A stretch of 64,000 nucleotides of DNA from Adineta vaga (taxonomy: Eukaryota; Animalia; Rotifera): NCBI GenBank assembly GCA_021613535.1, contig CP075493.1, positions 4,526,001 to 4,590,000 on the forward strand, written 5' to 3'. The notes beneath the pieces were generated by a model that ran no database searches, was not told the DNA's origin, and worked only from the letters and a program-made list of their open reading frames with translations. Below are positions 12,881 to 23,112 of this stretch, piece by piece (the stretch's first letter is position 1; each line of letters starts with the position of its first letter). A program made the position numbers and the translations under genes.

Positions 12881-15800
12881 TTAACATGTTTTTGTAATAA
12901 AACCAATATTACTCGTTCCAGCTAATGCAATAACTAAATCTTCCATAGAATCTCGATTAAAATCACCATATGCAATTGAATAAGGTATGGATTGATATCC
13001 AGTAGCAAAATTTGTTATTTTTCTAAAATTTCCGTTTTCATAATCTTCAAGAATACTAACTCGATTTGTACCATGATCAGTAATAATAATATCTAATTTA
13101 TTATTTCTATACATATCAAGTACAGTTATAGATGAAGGACGAGAACCCGATTCTAAATAGTAATAGGACACGTTCGAAAACGTTCCATTTTCATTTCCAA
13201 ATAGAATACCAATGGATTCATTGAGATAATTAGCAACGAGAATATCTAACCAATTGTCATGATTTAAATCGACAAGAGCAACTGAAACTGGTGAAGTACC
13301 TTTACCTGTTGAAATCGTCGTTTGATTAGTAAATGATCCATCACCAAATCCGAGAAAAATACCGATATTTTCAGCATCTGAATTAGTAACAACAAGATCC
13401 GTATATTTATCATTATTTAAATCGCCAGCAGCAACTGATTGTGGAACAGATCTATTTCCCGTTGAAAGTGTTGTTTGAACAAGAAATGGTTCACAACAAA
13501 AAGCAAGAAATACTCCAATATTCGACGTTCCATAATTAGCAACAACAATATCATCTTGTTGATCATCATTAAAGTCTCCAATAGCTAAAGATAATGGACT
13601 TGATTGATCTCCTGTTGTATACATGATTTGTAGAGCAAAAGTACCATCATTATTACCATAATATATTCGTAATGTATTCTTTTCTGAACTAGTTGTAATA
13701 ATATCTAATACAACATCATTATTGAAATCATGCGCTATTAAAGCCGATGGTTTATCAATAAATTGAATTGAATATTTGATTTCTTCGAGAAAAAATCCAT
13801 TTTTCGTAGCAAGTAAGACTCCAACTTGATTATTAATCATATTAACAATTAAAATATCTAACCAATAATCACCATTAAAATCACCAAGAGTTATCATACT
13901 TGGTGTAGTATTCAATCCAGTCGAATAATTTATTTGTCGTTCGAAACTTCCATTTAAATTTCCAAAAAATATTGTTAGACTACTTGCATTATAATTCGTT
14001 ACTGCAATATCAAGATAAGTATCATTATCGAAATCACCTTTTGCTAATGTATTTGGACTTGTACCAGATCCTGTTGAATAAATTGTTTGATTATCAAATG
14101 TACCATTACCTTGATTGAAAAATAGATGAATACTATTCGAACTACTAATCGCTAATGCAATATCCGATAAATTATCATAATTAAAATCTCCTGTAATCAT
14201 CGAAGATGGATAAGAATGATTCACATTCGAATAAATTCCAATATTTTCAAAACTTCCATTACAAAAACCAGTAAATATCGAAAAAAAACTCTGAAAAATA
14301 TTCACTGTTACAATATCTAAACATTGATCATCATCAAAATAACCACTGGCAATTAAATGTGCTTCACGAAACGAATTCGTTGAAAAGACGATTGGTGAAC
14401 GAAATGTTCCATTTCCATATCCTAGAAATACACTTCCTGTTGCTTGTCCATCTGTACTACTAACAATATCAAGATTCTTATCATTATCGAAATCATCTAC
14501 TATAACGAAAATGGGATGCGAACGAAGATCAATTGCATATGTAATTTGATTTAATAATGATGTATATTGATAACCAAGAAAGATACTAAGCGTATTTGTG
14601 CCTGAATTTGTAACGACAAGATCTGACCACGTATCATCATTGATATTTGCAATAACAATGGCAGATGGACGAGAATTACTACCAGTTGAATATGTTGTTA
14701 TCATACGAAATGTTCCATTTTGAAGTCCATAGAAAATACTAATGGAATTACCTGCAAAATTTGCAATTGCTATATCAACATTTCCATCATGATTAAAATC
14801 TCCAAGAGCAAGATCCGATGGTAAAGAATTTGCACCTGTTGAATAAGTGAGTTCATCAGAAAAACTTCCGTTTTGTGATCCAAATCGAATCTCTAATTCT
14901 TCGGTACCATAATCTACAATAGCTAAGTCAAGTTGACCGTCATGATTGAAATCGTGAACAGCAATGGCTACTGGTTGTGAAGCAGCACCTACCGTATATA
15001 CACTCGAAGTTTTCAATGCACCATAATCATAACCAAGAAGAATGGCAACATCATCAGCTAATGCATATGTAACAATAATATCCAAACGATTATCATGATT
15101 AACATTATCAATTGTTAATGCCCATGGTCCAGAATTATTTCCAGTTGAGTAAGTTTTTTGATCATCAAATGTTCCATTTGAAAAACCAAGAAAAATACCT
15201 ACATTATCATTACGATAATTTGCAACAATAATATCCGATATATTATCATTATTTAGATCATTAATCGAAATGGAATAGGGCGCTGCATAAAGATCATTTT
15301 GATACACAACTTCTCTATCAAATTTTTCATTATCACTTCCGAAATAAATCACAATATTATTACTTAAACCATATGCAATTACGAGATCAAGTTGTTTATC
15401 ATGATCTATATCTTCGATTGCGATTGACGTTGCACTTAAACCATATTTTGATGTATAAATTGTTTGATTTCGAAATGTTCCATTTTTCTGATTGAAAAAT
15501 ATACTAAAATTACTTGCAAATGAATCGACAACAATAATATCTAGATATGCATCATTATTCATATCAGCAATATCAAGAACATCAGGATTTGTAATACTAT
15601 CAATACTATATACCGTTTGATTCGTAAACGTTCCATTACAATATCCAAAAAATAATCCAATATTTTGTATATTATATTTTCCAATAACGAAATCTACACA
15701 ATGGTCATTATTAAAATCACCAATACTAATCGATCTTGGATATGATCCACTTTCGAGTGGAATCGTTTGTATTGATGAAAATGTTTCATTCGTATTTCCA

Positions 15801-17682
15801 AATAGAATTCCAATACTATCCAATTTTGAAAGAGCAATGATAATATCCAATTGTTGATCATTATTCAAATCAATTGTTCGAAGAGATGATGGTGTAGAAT
15901 GTGAACCTGTTGAATATGTTGTTTGATTGGAGAATTTTCCATTTGTTAAACCAAAGAATATTCCAATATTATCTCCTTGATTATTTCCAACAATAATATC
16001 TGTTTGATTATCATGATTAAGATCTGCTGTAACAATTGATTTTGGATTAGAAAAATCACCTGTCGAATAAGTATTATCAAGTTTAAAAACTCCTGGATCA
16101 TATCCAAGATAAATTCCGATACTATTTGTTCCATAATTAGTCACGAGAATATCTAAACGATTGTCATTATTTATATCACTTGTAATAATCGATGATGGAT
16201 ACGTAGAGAAACCATTTACATAGCTTTTTCGATTGGTAAATGTAAGATTTTTATCTCCAAGACAGACTAAAATCTTACTATTCAAATAATCAACTACAAT
16301 TATATCTAACATCATATCTTTATTTAAATCAGCAGTTATGATATATGATGGACCGTAGATACTCGTATTGAAAAGTATTTGTTGTTTTTCAAAAGTTCCT
16401 TGACCCGTACCACGAAATAAACCAAGATTTCCTGTACCAGAATTAGAAACAATAATATCCAAGTAATTGTCATCATCAAAATCTCCAACAGCAAGTGAAT
16501 ACGGACGAGATTGAAAACCAGTTGAATACATTGTTTGTTCAGAAAAAGAATTATTATGATTATTCAGTAGAACACCAATATTATTATCACCATTATTCAT
16601 AAAAACAATATCAAGATAATTATCATAATTAAAATCAGCGAGAATAGTCAAATACGGAATCGAATCGTAACCAGTAAAATATGTTGTTAACAATGAAAAA
16701 TTTCCATCACCTTGTCCAAGAAATATATCTATGCAATTAGTACCATAATTTACAATAATCAAATCTAATTTTTTATCATTATTCAAATCACCAACATCGA
16801 CTGAAAGTGGTCGTGATACACCTGTAGATATGAGTAATGAAAGTTCAAAACTTCCATTACCATCACCAATGAAAATGCCAATTGTATGCGTACCATAATT
16901 TGCAACAACAATATCCAATCGATTATCATTATTAAAATCGCCAATATCAACAGAATAGGGCGATGAACTCAAACCAGTTGAATAGTTTATTTGTGAAGCT
17001 AAAACACCCTTGCCAATGCCTAAACTAACACCTATATTATTCGTATTTGAATTTGCGACGACAACATCTAAGAATGTATCATTATTAAAATTGCCAATCG
17101 CAATTGATCGTGGATTGGAATTTTGATTTTTAAAATTAATTGGCATTGAGTGGAATTTCAATGTACATGGAAGGTCTAAAAAATACTCTAATTCGTTTTA
17201 TCAGATCTTTTCAAAATCCAATCGTCTACCTTTCTTCTTTCCCGAAGTTAAACATACGATTATGATACTAACAGTTATTGCTAAAATTGTAAATAGAATA
17301 AAACTTGAATATCCAATATATGAGAGTAATCCTGCTTGACGACATCGTCTCCTATACGTAAAAGTATCATCGTCATCAATGAAATTGACAAAACCTAAAA
17401 ATTGATCTTACCAAAGCTTTGTTCCCCAATGTTTCTTTGTTAAATTATGATGAAAAATATCAATAAGTTCATTTTCTGGTAGAGTAGGAAGTAGAGAAAA
17501 AGTTGATCGTAAACTAGATAAACCTTTTCCTCCTTGTCGTTCGTTTTCAGGAACTGGTAGTCTAACCATTGGTATCTCATTCTGAACTGTAATCACATTG
17601 TTCTATCGAGAGAAAAAAAGAACCTATCATAAGAAAGATTGTTTGTATTACATAAAATCATACTTACATTTGTAGTAGACAT
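12881..17682 (-). CDS. Type II membrane FG-GAP/VCBS-repeat protein (28 Ca-binding repeats)
   Basis: 28 D-x-N-x-D-x-x-x-D motifs in the large exon 12881-17175; upstream exons encode a TM helix (SSFILFTILAITVSIIIVCL) and MSTTN start at 17682; boundaries of the 5' exons are approximate. Confidence 0.88.
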
Positions 17683-18098
17683 ATTTCTATTTGAAATAAT
17701 TAATCGAATGGTAATACCAATATACGCCCTTATAGTTTTCTTCTTTTTGTATCAATGATCACGTTTTGTATACCTTATTAATGAAAATGAATCTTTTCTC
17801 TATACATGATTGTGTATTATTATATTCTCTACCGATTAATTAGACGTAAGATAAAAAAAAACCTATAGCGTTCTTTTTTTCAATGAATACCATATTCTAT
17901 TGTGATATGTAAGTGTACTGAATAGCATATGAATAATACAGAAAAGAAACATAATATAAATACATTAGTTTCGATCATATCGGAAATCTATTATTTAAAT
18001 ATCATTCTATCACAGCTTTTTTGTACAAAAAAAATTGACTAGAAGTACATCATAAGAAAGAGATTTGTACAAAAAATAAATAGAAAGAGAATAATACA

Positions 18099-19292
18099 CT
18101 ACGAATTGATTCTTACAAAACATTGAATAGTTTGTCTACAAATAGGACAAGTACGAAGAGCATATCCACATGATACACATGCACATAAATGACCACAAGG
18201 CATACAAGCTAGTTGTTTTTCTTCTGTGAGACATATTAGACATTCTCCTGTGGATTGTTTTGATGATGATGATGAAGATGAATTTTGTGATTGTAATGCT
18301 TTGGATGGAGTAATAATTTTATCTCGACAACCTTTGATATGATCGATTTGTTTTTTAAGTATTAAACATGCCATTGTTAAATCAATATCTGATGCAAAAT
18401 CATCATTTTTTACTTTAAATTGATCTTCAATACAACGTTTGATAACATTCAATTGATATTGTGATTGAAGACGTTTTACAATGGGTAAATCAAGTCTTGC
18501 TGATACGATTTGTGCAAGTTCACCAACACTAAGCTTATCTGTTTGTGGTAGTATTCGTTTTTTTGATGATTGAATTTTTCCATATAATTTTTCACCACAA
18601 AGATGTTTAGCATAGATACAATTGGGAAACCATCGTGCATGTTCAATAATTGGCTTATCATTTGGTCCCCATTTGTGTAATGAACCATTACAATAGAAAC
18701 ATGTTACAATATTATTTACGCCTGAATAGAAAAATCCAGCACGAACTAATTCGTCAACACTCGGTGCATCAGTGGGCCATGTAGTTTTTGAAAATGTCTC
18801 TTCTCGACGAGCAATGCCAGTCATAACTGGATGAACAGGTGCCAATTTTTCAATTAATGCATCATTGATGATTTTTGGCAATGATAATACAGGTGATATA
18901 GAAAGAACAAATGGACATTGTGGTGCAAGTCCAGCATGAACTGTAAATGGATCATCATAGATTGTCCATTCATGACAAATTGTATTACAATAGATACATA
19001 TGACACGATCACTGGTATTGCATGAAAACCATCCTGCATCTGCCATTGATTCCCTAGTTGGCGTTAAATGTTGCCAATGTGAAAGACTACGAATTCGTAC
19101 TTGTTTTATTGATTGTAATTCATTGAAAAAAGATTTTATTTGTGGAATAATTTCTTGTTCTTTTTCGGTAATTGTTTGTAAAACAAAATTGGATGATTTA
19201 AGTTGATTAGTTTGACATGTCGATGAACAATTATTATGAACATGTCCTTGTTTAGTAAAGTCTTCAGTTTCTATAATCTCGGTAGTGGCCAT
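18099..19292 (-). CDS. Inhibitor of apoptosis protein (BIR-BIR-RING)
   Basis: Two BIR domains (AGWF..VICIYC..W..H..CPFV; AGFFY..VTCFYC..W..EHARWFPNC) and C-terminal RING CLIC..PCGH..C..C..CPICR. Confidence 0.95.
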   Translation of the reverse strand: MATTEIIETEDFTKQGHVHNNCSSTCQTNQLKSSNFVLQTITEKEQEIIPQIKSFFNELQSIKQVRIRSLSHWQHLTPTRESMADAGWFSCNTSDRVICIYCNTICHEWTIYDDPFTVHAGLAPQCPFVLSISPVLSLPKIINDALIEKLAPVHPVMTGIARREETFSKTTWPTDAPSVDELVRAGFFYSGVNNIVTCFYCNGSLHKWGPNDKPIIEHARWFPNCIYAKHLCGEKLYGKIQSSKKRILPQTDKLSVGELAQIVSARLDLPIVKRLQSQYQLNVIKRCIEDQFKVKNDDFASDIDLTMACLILKKQIDHIKGCRDKIITPSKALQSQNSSSSSSSKQSTGECLICLTEEKQLACMPCGHLCACVSCGYALRTCPICRQTIQCFVRINS

Positions 19293-20314
19293 GTATAAAA
19301 TAAATATTTTGTAAAATATGACCGAAAAAACTCTTACGTATTGCCTGGAAGTTTATGGGCATCTCAGAGAAAGTAATACTATATATATATACGTTAATAG
19401 AAAGGAAAAAACCCTTTTTCTCGTTTAATGTTTATGTGTCATTATGAATACACAGAACAGAGAAAAAAATCTACGTACTTCGTTTTATTAAAAAATATCT
19501 TGCGTTCTACAGTTTTATTCCCTTTCATTTTACTTTGATAAAATATTTGATAATATTTAATTACCTATGTATCAAGTTTCTTTTCTATTCCTTTCATCTA
19601 TATCTTACTTACAAGAAAAATCCCATTGAAATGTTTTTACAATACTGAAACATTCCCAATAGCTAACAAACACGTGCATCATGGCATGTTTTTTTCTTTC
19701 TTTCTTTCTTCTACTGATGAATGTTAATAAACATATACGTATATAGATTGTCAAGAACAAAAAATAAGAATATGACGTTTGTTGGAGAAATAACTTTTGT
19801 CGTTCTCTCTTTTTTACCAACTGATGATTACATCGAACGTTTTGGATCTCGAATATTCGCAAATGTACTATTACGACTTCAACCATATATTTATTGTCGA
19901 TAAAGATAAAAAAAAAAGAAAGGTTTTTTTCCATGTTTGATGAGTGCACATACACATACTTTTTTTTACACCCTCGTTTCACTTGGAAAAATGACATCAG
20001 AAAGAAAATTATTGACGCAATTTATCATCAATCATCCATTAAAAGTAAAATAATCACGACTAAACAAACAAGCATCACAAATATTTTTCAATCTCGCCAA
20101 CCATACTTTACAGTGTTTTTCTTACAAACATATATATGGAGTTTTTACTATTGAGATAATGATAAGATATGATTAGAATTCTGTGGAGTTAAATAAGTTT
20201 ACAATAGAAGTACGACAATTAAGTATCTATTATTTGTGTTGACTATGTTTTGATTTGGATGATTAGTAAGCCATCTATGTATTTTATAATAGATACAAAT
20301 ATTATATCAAATTA

Positions 20315-20660
20315 TTAACATCAATCTAATAGTTAATCCACCATAGAGACCTAGAAAAATAGTTATGAGATACAGAATACTATAGTTTTCTATGTGCGAA
20401 ATAACTAGAATAATTGTTAGCATTTTTCTCATGTTTCAACAAATAATTCATTGATCAGTGGACGAATTAACGTCGATGAAACAGGTTCGGGACGAACCTT
20501 GGTGAATATGTTAAGGGCAGGTGGAACAAATAGAGAATCAACAGAGTCAGCTAATGTTTTCAAACATGCTGAATTATAGATACATTCAAGTGTTGATAGT
20601 TGAAGATCAAATGAAGGTAAACAATCACGAGCTACGCCTAATTATTGGATATTAATCAGC
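20315..20660 (-). pseudogene. Decayed C-terminal fragment of a lineage-expanded Cys-containing membrane protein family
   Basis: Minus-strand translation CLPSFDLQLSTLECIYNSACL...LINELFVET*...NYSSYF...LITIFLGLYGGLTI with stop and frameshifts; family recognised from memory only. Confidence 0.55.
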
Positions 20661-21055
20661 TGGTAATCATTTTTCCAAGCGCTGCAAGTAATTAGTTGAA
20701 TTGACAAATGACAAAACTATTTTAAATATCATGCCAAGAAATTCATATTCAGTAATAATTATAATGATCTTGAGTGCTGAATCAAGATATATGTACCCAA
20801 CTGACTTATAAAATGCATACATCGAGCAATATTGTACAAAAATGATATTCACAACAAAATGTACAACTCGAACTAATAATCGTAAAAGAATTTAAGAATA
20901 ATCATTTAAAATTACTATTTCAATAATGAATATTTTCTATATTGAATTTAAAGTCATCTCGAACAGTTTGAGAAACAAAGAATTCTCTAAGAAATCAAAT
21001 ATTACTATCTTATGTTCCCAATGAGATGAATAAGATAGAGAATCGATATTAGTCT

Positions 21056-21292
21056 TCATTTATTTTGCTCTTGATCAAGTTTCGATATATTTTCTTCAAT
21101 ATTTTTTATCAATTGCATCTTTAATTCATGATAAATTTTCAATTTTTCTTCTTGTTGTTTTTGTAATTGATTTAGTTCTTTCTGAAGTATATAATGCCAT
21201 GGATATAGAACTTTAACTTGAAAGCATAATGCACATGATGCAATGAGAAAATTTATAAAAGGTAAATATTTGTGAGCACTCAGATTGATCAT
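21056..21292 (-). CDS. Small single-TM + coiled-coil protein with FQVxVLYPWH motif (fungal-type family)
   Basis: 78 aa; INFLIASCALCFQVKVLYPWH followed by a coiled coil. Confidence 0.7.
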   Translation of the reverse strand: MINLSAHKYLPFINFLIASCALCFQVKVLYPWHYILQKELNQLQKQQEEKLKIYHELKMQLIKNIEENISKLDQEQNK

Positions 21293-22173
21293 TTCATGAA
21301 GTTCAGAAAAAAATTCTCATACTCTCGAAAGGCGGGTAGGATTGTTTTTCATACATTGAATATATATAAGTGTTTGTTTTCGATTATGAATCGATATTAC
21401 TGTTGATATATTTACTTCTATTCATGTATATGAATAGAAATTTTTACTTCAATAAATAAAATGAATGAATCATTCAATATGGCAAATAATTATTTTGCTG
21501 AATGAGAAAAGAATTATTTATATCAGCCGAAAGCATTTAATATTGCAAGTACGAGGTAAATAGTATCCCTTGTATAGCTTTACTCTTTCTGTTCTGATTT
21601 ATGTTTCAAAGCTGCACAGCATTTCTTCACTTTCCTTTTCTGTTTCCAAATACTGAATTTTCAGTACTTTAAGCGCATCTTTATCTTCATTTTTAAAGAT
21701 TTATCAAACTGTATAAACAGCATGGAGAAAAATATTGCTCTAGTCTTGCATTTTTCACATCTTTTCTTTCCTCAGATTTGTCATCTCAAACACTTACACA
21801 CGCGATTGTCGACATATTTCATATATGTCGTGTACTTGAGCAATACAAATTATAAAGAAAATACGAGAGAAAACGTTTCTTTCAGTGAATGGTAAAATGT
21901 TTTTTTCTTTTAAAAAGTAATGAATTTGTTGCTCCATTTTTTTGTTATTCATTTTACACACGTCAGTATGTTGTCATTCTAACAACTGTCGCGTATTGTT
22001 AGCATTGCATCAGCTATGTTAAGTTGATAATGATCCCTTATCATACACAATTTGAGTATATATATATATATATGATTTTACACAATACAACTATCGTGCA
22101 TTTAGTTTAGTTACTTAATGCAACTCAAGTGTCAGATTAAACGATATTCTCAATGGGTTAGGCACATTCAAAT

Positions 22174-22598
22174 GGGCTGAAATTTTTAGAATATGTTGGG
22201 GCTATGGTGGAGAAGCTATGATAAAAATTTCAGCCCTGTATCATGATGTGGAAGGGAGATATTCACTAAACAAGGGTGAAAATAGCTCATCTGAGAACCT
22301 AAATTTCTCGGTCCCGGTTCATGGTAAATTCTTTTTTTTTTGTTAGAAAGAGCATGTCAAGCTGCGGTGCATGATGAGACTCTTTTTTTAAAAATCTCAC
22401 TAATTATTTAAAATAAAAAGAAAACAAGTTGTAGGTGTCAAAAAACCTCTGAAAATGGGGATCCAATTGTATAACTATTTTTATAAATTTCAAAACAAAG
22501 CTTAATTGAAAAAAAGGGTCTCATCATGCACCGCAGCTTGACATGCTCTTTCTAACAAAAAAAAAAAAAATTTACTATGAACCGGGACCGAGAAATTT
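22174..22598. mobile_element. Foldback/MITE-like element fragment containing two inverted-repeat pairs
   Basis: Arms of about 89 bp at 22301-22389 and 22509-22598 are near-perfect reverse complements; a 14-bp IR gggctgaaattttt / aaaaatttcagccc lies at 22174-22187 / 22223-22236; locally higher GC; no ORF of note. Confidence 0.65.
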
Positions 22599-23112
22599 GA
22601 GTTCTGCGTTCGAAAAAGTGTAAATCGAGAAAAAGTGAAAACATTTTTCTGAAGTGAATTTTTACGGTTTTCAGCGTTTTTACGCAATTTTTTGGTACAT
22701 TTGAGAAGAGTAATCAGAAACTATTCTATTTTTTTTTCTTGATATGTTTAAATAAACTTTTGTGAGGCTCGTTGAACTTCATTAATGGAGTAAATTTATA
22801 TTCCGCAACATGAACATAATAACCTTTCTTCAAATGCTCTACTAATATCGAAAACAGATTGGGTTAACCTTTTTCTATTAAAACTTATATTCATCAAAAG
22901 TATTTCGCGCCGTTACAAAAACTAAAACAGTAATTATAATTTAGAAATAATCATTTGATAAGAAAAAAGAGCGCCAAATATTAACATAACAAATGGTGGA
23001 TCGTATAATATATGTCGATCCCGCTTTATCACATTGCTTCCGAAGTTTTTCGTTGTTCAGCATTATGTTGAAAAACAAATTTTCGATTATTTTTTTTTAT
23101 ATAAAGTTATTC

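Noticed and set aside
19605-20154. Overlapping ORFs of 60-130 aa
   Set aside because: Poly-A/T derived K/F-rich composition, no motifs; likely spurious
22502-22687. 61-aa ORF inside the inverted repeat as a transposase
   Set aside because: Too short, no DDE or HTH motif, runs through a poly-T tract
22993-23112. Upstream ATG as the start of the fusion gene
   Set aside because: The first 40 codons look like AT-rich non-coding sequence; recognisable domain sequence begins after 23113 (not excluded)
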